Assembly: GCA_044892505.1 (NCBI GenBank)
Contig: CM097883.1
Span: 201,438,001 to 201,502,000, forward strand
DNA from: Schmidtea nova
Taxonomy: Eukaryota
Reading direction: 5' to 3'
DNA length: 64,000 nucleotides
Part shown: positions 1 to 13,183 of the stretch, piece by piece
Position numbering within the stretch: the first letter of the stretch is position 1
Layout of the letters: each line of letters opens with the position of its first letter
Made by a program: the position numbers and the translations under genes
Notes under the pieces: model-generated
Seen by the model: the letters and a program-made list of their open reading frames with translations, nothing else
Database searches by the model: none
Told to the model about the DNA's origin: nothing

Positions 1-400
1 ACTAAAAGCTGTTGTCTGGATATCCTTTTCGTCAATTGGTACTTGGAAAAATCAGTCTAGCCATCTTAGCGTTAAGTACTCAATAATCGACGCATTCTTA
101 TATCCCTATTTTTCTTCTTTACTACCACTGTAGAGAAATTCCATGGTGATGAACTTGTCTAATTATACCTGCACCTAATAAATCTTTTAATATATGATCA
201 GCATTCTCTTCAAATCCTATCAGATCCCTTCAAGGCTTAAACGCTAATGGCCTTGCATTTCCGTTATCAATGTAATGTTTTACTTCATCCGATTTTCCGA
301 TGTCCATCTTGTATTTACTGAAAATAATATCTGAACACAACCCTTCTTTAATTTTGTCTAATATTACCTCTATTGTCTTCTTTTCCTTTATTTTTTTCAT
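1..400 (-). pseudogene. Degenerate Ty3/Gypsy reverse transcriptase N-terminal fragment
   Basis: Manual minus-strand translation across stops/frameshifts: MDIGKSDEVKHYIDNGNARPLAFKP..ENADHILKDLLGAGII..SPWNFSTVVVKKKNRDIRM..DY..LN..QVPIDEKDIQTTAFS, matching the Gypsy pre-RT/RT start. Confidence 0.7.
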
Positions 401-609
401 TATTTTTGAGTTTATTCACTGTTTTTTATTCACTGCAATTTTATATTAAACTATTCAGAAGACGATGGGACGATATGTTTAAAATTTTTTAAGGCGAGTT
501 TGAAAGACATGGTCGACCGAGATGATGCAAAATTGCCAATAACTAAACCATTTATTCCATCAGGACTAAAAAAAAGTTCGAAAGTATGAATACGACGAGA
601 AATAAGATC

Positions 610-770
610 TTGTTTACAATCGATATACGAAGATCCATTCGATGTGATATCACGCTCTGATGATCTGAAGACTTTTCAAATAGACGTAGATGGAAAAATA
701 AAAACAGTGTCAGCCGATCGTCTGAAGCCAGCATTCATACCTTCGGTCTAGAGGGGAGAATTGTTGGATT
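610..770 (+). pseudogene. Gypsy integrase C-terminal fragment followed by polypurine tract and probable LTR start
   Basis: LQSIYEDPFDVISRSDDLKTFQIDVDGKIKTVSADRLKPAF (GPY/F-type integrase tail), stop, AGAGGGGAGAA (750-760), then TGTTGG at 762. Confidence 0.6.
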
Positions 771-3282
771 ATTTTAAATTGTAATTTAAAATAACCAACA
801 TCTTTTTAAAAAAAAGAAAAAGTTTGTTTTGATAAACAAAAAATAGAAGAAATATAATTTTAAATTTAGAATAAATTTGTACTTATCATCCTTTGAATTT
901 TTTNNNNNNNNNNNNNNNNNNNNNNNNNNNNNNNNNNNNNNNNNNNNNNNNNNNNNNNNNNNNNNNNNNNNNNNNNNNNNNNNNNNNNNNNNNNNNNNNN
1001 NNNNNNNNNNNNNNNNNNNNNNNNNNNNNNNNNNNNNNNNNNNNNNNNNNNNNNNNNNNNNNNNNNNNNNNNNNNNNNNNNNNNNNNNNNNNNNNNNNNN
1101 AAAATTTAAAATAAATTAAATATAAATAAAAAATATAAATTTTATTTGCTTGTCGGTAGCGGTTTTTTTTTAAAAGATGATAATATAATTAAGATATAAT
1201 TCATGATTTAAGAGAGATATAATTTAAATTATGTCAATCGCTGGTTACTGATAGTATTATAATAATAGTATAATGGTAGTTGGTGTAGATAATTGCAATT
1301 TTTTGAGTTCTATTTAAATTTTGAATTTAGACTGTTATTTACTCCATTTTATCCATATTTATTTTTAACTTTTTTATTACTGTACTTCACTGTATAGTGT
1401 TGGGCAAAAACCACAAACTGTTTTAATAAAACGATAACCCCATAGGTAGAGAGCGCGCAAGATTCAGTTTTAACCCAAATATCCCTTAAAAATCGAAACG
1501 ATTAAGTGAAAAACAACAAAAGGTGAAGTGAACTCACAACACATCAACCAGTAGAGAACGCGTTAGCTGTGAGTCTGAAAGCCCTTACATTGAAACCTCG
1601 AGAAAAATCAAATGCCATCAAAAGAAGAACGTTTAAAAGTTAGAATAGGCGGAAAACCCATTGAAAATACCCATAAAAAACGGAATTGTGTTATAAAACC
1701 TTCATGCAGAAAAAATTAACAAAATTTTAGCCGAAAATTGTGATTTTATCAAAATATTTCACATTAACAATAAAAAAAACTAATATTAATCGAAATATCG
1801 TAAATTAAATCAAATCGAACAAATTTCGATTCAAAAATAAATATTTTGAATTAAAATAAATTATTTGTGTTTTATAAAAAACTATTACACAAAAATATGG
1901 ATTTAATTTTCGGAAAATCATTAGAATTAATTTAGAAAAATTAAAAGGAAAATTCTAGAACAATTTGTTTTATTACACTACTGAAGGTAACGCAAAATCG
2001 ATGGTATATATACCGCCATCAAAATGGAATTTATCAGAATTTGTGAGAATTTTATGCAAGAAAATTTCTAAATTTTAATTTTAAAAAGAAAATAAATTTT
2101 ATTCGTAAGTCTCATTCTTTTGTTGGTGCGGGGTCATTGAACACCATGCCTGTCCGATTACCCCGTACCGGTAATATTTTTATATTTTTTGGTATATTAT
2201 ATTATTATTGCTATATTATTTCATGAATATTAAATGAGTATTAAAATTTTTACTGTTTATTTTTTTTAATTTTTTTTGACTATTGTCACAAATCCCAGAG
2301 TTGAATTCACCAAAATTATTTATTATAAAAAATGATAAAAGTAAATAAATAAAATTTTTTTTTTCACTTCCGTACCCCCTGAAGCCTGTGTCTGGCCTTG
2401 CGCCGATCGGGTGGAAGTAGCCTGAGCGGATCGCTGGTTCGATACGTAAATCGATCAGTCCATATTTCCGAGTCCAGGTGAATAGCCTAACCATCCATGA
2501 TCACTTCATCCCAACTGGTGAACAGTGGCTTGGCCAAAGGCAAGGTGTTATATTAATGATATTTAATTTATAATAAATGTAGTTTATTTGAATTTATAAT
2601 TTCCGACATATTTATCATCTAAAAATTAATACTACATGAAAACGTAAAAAACGAATCTCTCCAGCCATGTCTTTTCCATTAGGAAAAATAATTATGCAAA
2701 AACATTTTACTCGTCCTTCGCCTTCACCTTCACAATAGTTTTCTCTTCATCCAAGATCCAGAATATAAAAAACCGATATTGAAAAGGAAATCGTTCGAAT
2801 TAATCCGATGGAATAATAATGAAACCGAAATTAACTTTACTAGATGTCGAAAAATATTCGTTGAAAAATTTATAACTTAGTTTTATTTTATTTTTATTTA
2901 GCATATAAAAACTTTTTAGATTAAATGCTTATTTAGATTTCGAAATTTATGGATGAAAAATTTATTATTATGTGGATTTCGTTTCGATCAAAAAATAAAA
3001 ATTTACTTTTTGTTATATTGAAAAATTTTTATAATGAAAAATTGTAAACCAAAAATTCTCCGAATATTGTTATGATATAAAAGATGTTGTCATTTTATAA
3101 AATTCCTAAGAATTTATAAATCAAAACTTATATTGAAACCCATAAAAATTTTAAATCGAAAATATTATTATTATATTGAAAATTTTATCATTTTAAAAAA
3201 TCCAAAATTTCAAAATTTTATAGGAAAAATTTTTACTATATATATATACTTAAAATATAAAAATTTGAATATAAAAATGTAT

Positions 3283-3534
3283 ATTATAAAAATTAGAAAT
3301 TTTATTATTATATTATTTTCATAAAATTGTAAATTTAAAATTTATAAAAAGTATTATAAAAATTTATATTATAAAAATTAGAAATTTTATTATTGTATTG
3401 CTTTCATAAAATTATAAATCTGAAATTTGTAAAAAGTATTGTAAAAATGTGTATTATAAAAATTAGAAATTTTATCATTATTTAATTTTCATAAAATTAT
3501 AAATTTAAAATTTGTAAAAAGTATTATAAAAATT
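3283..3534. repeat. AT-rich tandem repeat, 85-bp period, about 3 copies
   Basis: ATTATAAAAATTAGAAATTTTAT recurs at 3283, 3368 and 3453 with conserved downstream sequence. Confidence 0.8.
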
Positions 3535-6500
3535 ATTATTATTATTTTAATTTTAAAAATATTTTATATAATTTATATATAGTATATTATAAATACCCCC
3601 GCGATATCTCAAAATCATAACGCATCCTTATTTGCAAAAAATTACATCCATTTCATTCAATAACATTTCCCATACTAATACACAAGCAACATACATTTAA
3701 AATACAATATACACACATACACAGTATCATTCATTAGCATTCAACAGTTATATACACACAGGCAAACAATACTGAAAATTCTACACAGTTATGTTAGTCG
3801 GCATCATACATCCAGAAAAACCATACAAAAATTGCTATCATTCAACCATACCACATAAAATTGAATATACCCAGTCAAACTTAGTACAATCAAATAGGCC
3901 ATTTACATTACATTTTATTTTAATCTCCCATTTACAAAAATTTCATAAAAATAATAAAAACTCAAACGAAAAAGAGTAAAGACGAAAAAAAAATTTTCTA
4001 AAATTTTATTGATAAAAATTGACGGTCATTCCGTTTGAGGGATAAGAGTCTCCGAAAAGGATTTTTCCGGTTTACAGTGCTTGAAGGGCCAGTTCCAACA
4101 TATTCTCTTCAAGAAATTTTCTAAAATTGTTCAAAATAAATTATAATTTTAAAATAATCAAAATTTTACTTGGTCGATAGAGCGGGCAATTTTGCTTCGT
4201 AGGAGCTGGAATTTTGGTTCTTTTGACCCATTTGGGGTGGTAGAATTTTCCTCTGACTTCGTAGTTTCCGGGGAGATCCATTTCTTGTTGATCTGAGTTG
4301 TAAAAATCATTATTTAATCAATTTAGTGAGAAAATTCAGAAATTTACATTTAAAATTAATATGATTTTTAAATTGAGTAAATTTGTCCTTTTGATTAAAT
4401 TAGCAATTTTAAACAAACGGAAATTTTATTTTTATTATTTCTAAACTCGATAAAATTACGGTAATAATTAAAGTTTTTCTTAAATTTCAAATGCCGATTA
4501 AAATTTTTCTATAAAAATAAAATATTTTATGTATTAATTATCATAAAATGCAATATTGGTAAAATATATGGTTATATTAGTGTTTTTGATGCTCGGAATA
4601 ATTTATTTGGATGCAATAATGAATTTAAAGTTATGTAGAGTGTTCATGTTGAATTTCTGATAAAATTTTGTTGAATGCTTACAGACAAATCGTTGAAGAA
4701 GGGACAAAATGGGCATTAAACCTTCTATCGGTAGCCCTTGGACCCAGGAGATATTCGGTCAATCATAGTTTCGTATTGACGACGCTCACTGATTGCGAAT
4801 ACCCACCCACTTGTTACAGTACCAACGTTACATAGTGACGGGTAACAAGATGGTAGCTTAAATGTTTTATGTGTTGAGTTTTTGATGCGAGCCATAGCAA
4901 CGTCAAGGTCATATTGACTATCAACAACCCACCAATAGTATAACACATTCACCAAAGATCATACGACAGTTCGGCTTTATTAATTAATGTCGTTGTAATG
5001 ACAAGGTTGTAATGACCATTCGTTCTATGACCAAACGATCTATAGCCAGAAGTTCTAAAGCCAAGTTATTATAGGGAAACCTTAAATTTCTCAAAAATAA
5101 GTACTAAAATAAAGTTTCTATATTCTTCATTTCTTTTTTGACTATCAATTGTAATTTTGTTATATATTTAGGACAAATCTTCAAGTAATTAAAAAAAATA
5201 CACTAATTAAAATTTCTGATGAATTTGGAAAATAAAAAATATACTGGTTGCAGCAGAATTTGAATTTTGGAAAATTGAAGTTTTAAAATATATATAATAT
5301 ATATATAAAAATATTTTAGAGCATTTAATTTGTAATAAAAGACTCCGCTGATTCGGACTCCACAGTCCTATAAACTATAACAAGAAATTGTTATCAATTG
5401 TGAATTTATTTAAAATCTAGGGATAGGGATAAGATTATAAAATGAACAATCTCGAAATTGGAAATGATAGTAAACAAACTATTTGTGATATTTCCATTGA
5501 GAGTTGCCAAAGTTTCCATTCCTTAATATAGAGAGAAAGTACGCCAGGTCTGGTTTGAAATAAAGCTGTTCATCTGATATCGTACAAGATACTATATTAA
5601 TATGCTTAGTATTATATTGTTAAGACAGAATTGAAATTATTATCTTACTTAACTATTTGTAAAAGAAAATTCATTACAAAAAGTCAGTTTACAGACAAGT
5701 CAAAGTCAAAGTCAATTGAATTAATTACCGATTGTCAGTTTTATTTTTTAATATGAATTCCATTAAAATTTAATATTTTCAGAAAAATAGAAAGCATGCT
5801 CAAAGAGATATCATTGACATCAGCACCGATATTTCCCAGCGAATGCCTTCACTGCAATTTTCATCAGATAGCAACACAATGCCAGAAATTATAAATTAAA
5901 TATTAAAAGTATGACCTAAATTGTTAAATAATTCAAAGTCTATTTTAAATTACGCTTCATGAAAATTAATTTAAAAATATCGCCGCCGGTGTCAGTAATT
6001 CTTTGTTCAATAATAAATGATTTGATATTTTCTCAAATTTTAATTTATTTCTTCAAATTATTTTTTTAATAAATAATATTACCATTATGTTGAATATTGC
6101 TCGGAGTAAAATTATTCATTTATTAAATTTTTATATAAATCTTTCCCTAATTTACAATAATAAAGACTAATATTTAAAGTCTAATACAAGAAATATGCTT
6201 TTTTGTTTGTATGCTTATTTGTCTGTTTTGTAATAATTAAAGATATTAAATATTAATAATGATGAGAGGGTTGAACACTTTTTCACTCTGAAATATTCAG
6301 AGCTAACTATCTTTAAAGGTGCCAAAATAGGAGAAGGTAGTCAAATTGGTCGAGTTAACGATGGCTCCAGATATTGAGAAAGAAGGTATAGTGTAACATA
6401 TTCGGTGAAACCGATCTAAAATACAGGATGGTGCTAAGAGAAAAAATCAAAAATATATTGCATCTCTATACTTAAACAAATAAAAGATTGACAGTATAGA

Positions 6501-7855
6501 AATACTCAACGCATTGATTACAAGTTATAATTATTAATCAAAAACTATTTAAAATTATAAATAATATCTTTATTATAATTAAACATTTTATTATTATAAG
6601 CAGATATTTTACATTTTATTTATATATATTTCATAAAATTATATAGTTTTTAATTTGATTTTTTCCAATTTTAATTTATTTAAATCTTATATTAATTTTT
6701 TTACATTTTGTTACATTTTCGTTAATTAGCTACATCATATATAAATAGAGAAATTTACAATTTTTCAATTAATCAAGTAATTTATATTTTTATGGAATAA
6801 AAATATGTTTTTTTTGTTTTTAAGGTCAAATATCATTAATAAATACATGCAATATGATATAACAAGTGATATAACAAGTAATATAAATAACAATAGTTGT
6901 TAATGATATATTATATAAATAATACAACTCTTACTTAAAACATAAAAATAAATAATAATAATGCTACATAAAATATAAAATATTTAGTACATAAGGATGA
7001 CTTTATAATATGAAACACTACAAAAATCATACCGATATCTTTTTGATTTATTGTCGTTATAAAAAATGAAAATCTTTGAAATAAATGTTATTGTCGGTAT
7101 AAAAAATAAAAATCTTTGAACTAAAATGTTTTTTTAAGTATAATTTTAATAAATGAGTTCATTTTAGTAAGAACTAAAGTAGACATGAAATCCAGTAGAG
7201 AGAAGGGTGCTCTTTGGCTAAGACCAATCAGAATCGTCTGTGGCGCGAGGACTCATAACGCTGAGTCATAGTTTTGAAGATGATGAATCATGCTTCAAAT
7301 GATGCGTCATCCGAGTTTGTATGACTCATGGTCTTTGTTCTATAAAGCGCCAAAGTGGTCATGTAAAAAATATTGATGACTCATCGTTTTATAACAAAGA
7401 AAATTTCAAACATTTTTCTATCTTTTTAAACCCCCACCCTCATGAAATTTTTTAACTTTTCCAGAAATCGAAAAAAATTTTACCTTGTATAACTCATATG
7501 TCTTTGTTCTACTATGACTCATCATTGTTTTGAAAAATTTTCAAAGTCCGTTTAACAAAGACATATGTGTTCGCTAGCGTATACACCCATTAAAAGAATT
7601 TTCTATGTCCGTTTAACAAAGAACATTTTCGAAAATTTTTCTATGTTGAAACTAAGATATATCCTACTAACAACAAAGGCATTTTCCAAATTTGTCTGTT
7701 CGTTTATCAAAGAATTTTATTTGCATTTGTATTTCATTTCTATTGCACTTGGATTGCATGCCAAATATTTATTTTACTAATATTATTATGTGAAAGTATT
7801 GTGTGTATGTACGTGAGTCATGCTCATGTAATGCATTTATATTGCATTTTGATAC

Positions 7856-7856
<1 letters not shown>

Positions 7857-7940
<84 letters not shown>

Positions 7941-7961
7941 AAATATTAATATTAAAATATC

Positions 7962-8051
<90 letters not shown>
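7857..8051. repeat. (TTA)n and (TA)n microsatellites
   Basis: Direct reading. Further (ATT)n/(TA)n tracts at about 8579-8666, 8845-8875, 20714-20762, 23594-23669 and 28795-28900. Confidence 0.95.
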
Positions 8052-8058
<7 letters not shown>

Positions 8059-8578
8059 TCATACACATGAAATATCATCACAAATTATTATCATAAAATA
8101 TTAAAAATACATAAAAATTTATCATACATACTTAATATACAGACAATAATCTTCATAGAAAAGAAATATTATCTATAGTGCAGAAATATACATGAAATAT
8201 TATACTATAGTGTGAAAATACAAACAAAATATCAAAATATACATCATACACACATACACAAAATATCATCAAAGTATTTTTTACTTTGAAACTATTTTAT
8301 TTATTTATTATTTTTATTTATTTATTTATTTTTACTTTGAAACTTCGTGTGTGTTGATATTTATTTATTTATTCATTGGACTTTGATATTTATAATGTTA
8401 TAATATTTTACTACTCATTGTATTTAACCCGCGAGCGTTTTGTATTATATTTTTCCAATAGTGTTATTAACATTTTTGTTAGAAACAATATATTTCCAAT
8501 ATTTATTTCAACATTTTTGTCACAGACTATTATTTCATTATATTAATTTTCATGCTAGCAGACAATTTCTAGCACAGC

Positions 8579-8619
<41 letters not shown>

Positions 8620-8625
8620 ATTATA

Positions 8626-8653
<28 letters not shown>

Positions 8654-8666
<13 letters not shown>

Positions 8667-8809
8667 CAATAATTCTCATAATGACTATAGATCAAATTTT
8701 TTTTATAAACAATAACACAATATTTCGGCACAGCCTTTATCAAGTGTGTATTGTTTATAAAAAAAATTTGATCTATAGTCATTATGAGAATTATTGATAA
8801 TAATAATAA
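8654..8809. repeat. Perfect 61-bp inverted repeat with 34-nt spacer
   Basis: Arm 8654-8714 is the exact reverse complement of 8749-8809. Confidence 0.9.
8711..8752 (-). ncRNA. Minimal type I hammerhead-ribozyme-like motif (Penelope-type, U3-A8 variant)
   Basis: Minus strand ACAC-UUGAUAA-A-GGC-UGU-GCC-GAAA-UAUU-GUGU: stem I ACAC/GUGU, core with compensatory C3U/G8A, stem II GGC/GCC, GAAA and palindromic AAUAUU stem III. Confidence 0.5.
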
Positions 8810-8842
8810 AAAAAGATCAAAGGTGAAAAAAGATAATTATGA

Positions 8843-8873
<31 letters not shown>

Positions 8874-10754
8874 TATTTCAAAATATAGAAAAATTTTAAA
8901 AATATATATAAGTGATTTTATGTAATTATTTTATTGAAATAGTCAATCGAAGGAATAAAAAAACCGGTGCTTCCGTGTTGAATTGAAAAATCTTTAAAAT
9001 AACTGAAAATATTATCCACATTTGTATTTTTAAATTTATTGAATTTACAGTGATAAAAATCTCATTTAGTAATTAATATTTTAAGATATTTTTCTTTTTT
9101 AATATACATTGTTCAAAATTATTTAGCAAAAAATAAAGATTAATTGCTTCCTTTTTTTCATCTAATTCCTTCAATGTCTCAAATTGATAATTAAACTTGA
9201 ATAAATCAACAAAAGTGACTTTACAAACAATTTTTACACTGGACTATTCCATTCGCAGAAGCGAATTTGTAAATATTTTCCCCTAGTCAAGATTATGTAA
9301 CATTTAATAATTTCCTTTTTCAGCTTGTTTCTTATTTGTAAAATCTCCAAGCATTTATTAAGTCGAACATTTCTCATGCATTATATCAAGAAATATATTT
9401 ATTCTGACATTTTGTTATGTCGCCCAAAATTATCAGTAACGTTTATTCCTGCGATTAACTCGAACCGTTTGGACTCAGAATATTTGATAACTTCCATGCC
9501 TAGATAATTGATACAAAGGTTATAAAATGAAATTTTTAACTACTTTAAATTTCCCATAACTCTGATTACAACGGCCTAATAACAAATAAGCTAATATTTG
9601 TGTTAGACTTATGCAAAATATAATTTCTAGTTGAAAATTAAATGAAGATAAAAAAAGTAAATCAAAAGTGACCACAAAGATAAATGTTTTTAGTGATAAT
9701 AATATCTGTTTACATGTTGATCTCAATTCAGAAAATCTGGGAAAGACAAAATTTATCAGTCTGAAATGAGAGATCATATTTGCATATATTATTATAATTA
9801 TTAAATAAAATGCCAATTAGGCAACTACCAAAAGCCATGACATAGTGGGACCCCTAAAATGAATTTCATACATTAAACATTAAAGTATTTGATGCTCGTA
9901 AAAATTAGATTAAATAAGCTAATATAAATTAAATAATAATAAACTAGAAAGGTGTGAAACGTAACTTATATATTTTAATAAAACATTTCTAAAAAAATTT
10001 TTGTAACATTATAACCATTATATTTTGGCAGATTTTTCTTATATTTTTATTTTTAATTAGTAAATTTGTTTAAAATATAGTCTTAAAACATTTTTAAAGG
10101 AATTTTGCAATTTACTATCGAGAACAATCTCAATAAATTCGTTGTTGATTGAATGTTAATTGGAGGGGATTGAAATATAAGTATTAATAACTCAGACAAA
10201 ATTCATTCGTTAAATCATTAAAGTTCTTTTTAATTTAAAAAACTCTAAAATTTGTTGTCCCTTTACACATTTTCTATACCTAATAATATTGCCTTAATTT
10301 TTAAATCGTCTATCTTCATGAAACTGTGTGATGATGGCGGGAAAATCTCTCCGATATATATGACATTACACCCTTTATAATAAAACTTATAAACTTCTTA
10401 GATTAGAAAATTAAACCTATAAGTGTTTGAAATTTATTCATAAAAATATTTAATAATTTCAAAGATTTTGAAACTATTTTAAATATATTAGGCTTGTTTA
10501 TGATTTATGATTTTTTTAAATTTTAAAACTCCAAATAAAGAAAAAATTAAATATTAGATTTTTAGGTCCATCAAAGTTAAGTGAACTCTAATTTTTTTGT
10601 TTTCATTATATTATCTCAAAAAACAATCAATGGTTTCATTAAACAGTTTTTTATCAAATGCCTTTGAAACCCCATTTTTATTCAAAAGAAAAATAAGGTT
10701 AGATACGTGGTGCGCCCAAGAAGTCGTGAGACTAAAATAGAAAGACTTTAGATA

Positions 10755-10964
10755 TCAACACAAAACTTTGTATTTAGAACAAGCACTGACACAATTTTCC
10801 CAGCGAATAACGAGGTTTTCGAAGGCGTTTTTGAAGAATTCCAGAAAACTCTCCACGGCTGCTCTCAAATCATGTTTGTTGGCAAACACCTGGCCTCGCA
10901 GATGCTTCTTAAGATGGCTATATACGTATACTTTTTCCAGATTTTTCAAGCGTGGAAATGACAA
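10755..10964 (-). pseudogene. mariner transposase C-terminal fragment
   Basis: SHLKKHLRGQVFANKHDLRAAVESFLEFFKNAFENLVIRWENCVSACSKY matches the mariner tail LK..L.G..F....V..FL..F..GI..L..RW.KCV...G.Y. Confidence 0.75.
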
Positions 10965-12283
10965 TAAGCAATAATGTATAAATCTGTATTCGTTGACTTT
11001 CTACTATTATTCTTATTACTGCTTCAAAACCCTATTACTAAAAAATCTGAAAATGTTAGACAATAAATAACTTATTCTAATACTGTAAAATTAGAATGAA
11101 GCTCGTTTATAAAATTAAGAAAGAAACAAAATCATCAAGATTAGAAAATACTAAAAAGATATCATGAGCATAACGTTTATGCTCATTTATAAGGCTTAGC
11201 AAAGAGAAAAACAGAATATTTTCTATAATTTTGAAAACGAAAATTGATGCAAAAGTTGGAGCCAAAAGTTACCATGTTAGCTACTTCATCAACTTGTTGA
11301 TGATAATAAAAAGAAACAGAAGTGGCATAAATCAACAATTGACGAAAAGCAAATTTATCGAATGTCTGATATACAATCATATTCTCTTACCACATTTAGA
11401 TGAAAAAATTGTAAACATCGAAATCATATTATTTTATATAATCAGAAGGTTCTGTGGACTGTTTTGTCATAAGATCAACCAAAACAAATGGATTCCGATA
11501 ATCCTAATACTTAGAAATCAAAGGTTTTAATAATAGATAAATTACATTAGCTATCCTATACTGAGCAGAACAAATCATAAAAATAACTGAGAGCATTGGA
11601 ACGTATTTCTTGTGAAGTTTCGGAAGGCTATAATTTTGTAGGTCTGTAGCCAACAGAATATAGCTGCTTACCAAGATTACAATCTAAATGCTTATCTTTG
11701 ATCAGACGAAAAACAAGTTTATTAAAAGTTTTATCTTATTAAGGAGGAAATATATCGTTTCTGTGTAAATTTCCCATTCTAGTAAATTGAGAGTCTTCTA
11801 GGACCTTATACAAATTTAGTAAAATTAAAGATTTTATTAAAAACTACAAAACATTTTCTTTATTGAACTTAAAAATCTAAGACGGTTTTTTGGGAAAGAA
11901 AAAATTTTAAAAACTTAATTACACAGATTTTACCATTTTAGATAAGCAATTTATTAACTATTGGAAAAGAGTTTTGTTTGAATAATTAAATCAATATCCC
12001 CTTCAGTTAACATTCAATCAACATTCAATCAACAACAAATTTATTGAGATTGTTTAATTAAATTATAAAAATTATGTCAATACTGTTTCCTATTGTTATA
12101 TAACATGAGACACATAATAAAGGACAATATTATTTAAATATATTATTAATTATATTATGAAAATATTATTTAAATGTTTATATTATTATTATTTTTATTT
12201 TGCACTATCATTTTTCAATCAGAATTCATTGCACTTTACATTAAAAATTGTTATTTCATTTTAAAAGAAATAAATAATAATAC

Positions 12284-12401
12284 CAATTTTTCCGTGTTAT
12301 GATCCAATCTTGGTTCTCGCCATTTGCATTTTATTAAGATATCTGCCGCATATTGTTCTTTAATTGTATCTATTTCTCCAATTTTTAAGAATACCACACA
12401 A
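12284..12401 (-). CDS. Exon of a host pentameric ligand-gated ion channel (Cys-less/Pro-loop-like), 5' side lost in N gap
   Basis: Frame not in the ORF track reads CVVFLKIGEIDTIKEQYAADILIKCKWREPRLDHNTEKL (pLGIC beta1-beta2 pattern ..ID....F..D..I...W.DPRL), followed by a GT donor at 12283. Other exons not identified. Confidence 0.65.
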
Positions 12402-12649
12402 NNNNNNNNNNNNNNNNNNNNNNNNNNNNNNNNNNNNNNNNNNNNNNNNNNNNNNNNNNNNNNNNNNNNNNNNNNNNNNNNNNNNNNNNNNNNNNNNNNN
12501 NNNNNNNNNNNNNNNNNNNNNNNNNNNNNNNNNNNNNNNNNNNNNNNNNNNNNNNNNNNNNNNNNNNNGTATCTTCATTCATTCTGTTGTTTCTTTTTTC
12601 TTGATTTCTCTTCCTTTTCATTGGATGTTAATCTGATTCATATAAATTT

Positions 12650-13000
12650 TTAAATTCTTAATTGTTTTTAAATGTTTTGGTATTTCTGGTTATCAGTGTT
12701 TGTTGTTCGAGATAATCCATGAATATAATCGCTAATGTGGCTGATATACTAGAGCCCATTGGCAGGCCTCTTACTTGTTGGTATATTTTATGTTCAAGTG
12801 TAAAGTAGGTGTTTGTGAGAATCACAATTAGAAGTTCAATTGTGTCTTCTGTCTGCATCTCATTTACTATAAGTTTAAATTTTTTTAAACTTTCTTTCTA
12901 AACAATCTATAGCATCTTTAGGGTGGATAGAGGTGTATAGGGATACCACATCGAGTCTAAAGGGATAATTGAATTTTGCATTGGTGTTTTTATCTGATTT
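12650..13000 (-). pseudogene. Penelope-like element reverse transcriptase fragment
   Basis: LDVVSLYTSIHPKDAIDCLERKF (about 12890-12960) and TYFTLEHKIYQQVRGLPMGSSISATLAIIFMDYLE (12658-12858) are PLE RT motifs. Confidence 0.8.
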
Positions 13001-13183
13001 ATTCAATTTTGATATATCTTTTTTATTATGAGAATTTATATCAATTTAACTTTGATTAATGTTCACTGTATAGTACATCAAAACTTAGTAGTATCTGGTA
13101 AGTAATATATTTTTATGTGATGGTTTTAGAGGATCGAAATTTAGTCAGTTTCTAGTAATGCTCATGCATTTAAAGAGTATATA

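Noticed and set aside
877-1119. ORFs spanning N runs (also 12324-12653 and 31973-32425)
   Set aside because: Artefacts of assembly gaps.
2371-2545. GC-richer island with short matches to SRP (7SL) RNA words (GCCGATCGGGTG, GTGAATAGCC)
   Set aside because: Order and spacing do not fit 7SL, the helix 6/8 motifs are missing, and no convincing protein in any frame; left unassigned.
4020-4980. Exon-like GC-richer patches and a 76-aa minus-strand ORF
   Set aside because: No recognisable domain, and in-frame stops in the best frames; cannot support a gene call.
5440-6480. Possible further host exons (EWKLW-containing minus frame; plus-strand terminal-exon-like 5773-5899)
   Set aside because: Frames are short and splice phases could not be linked to the channel exon or to each other.
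7824-8715. ORFs rich in IYIY, NNN or III (also 20712, 23387-23812)
   Set aside because: Translations of microsatellites.
11160-11900. Possible hAT-like transposase remnant
   Set aside because: Only vague similarity; no diagnostic motif could be read.
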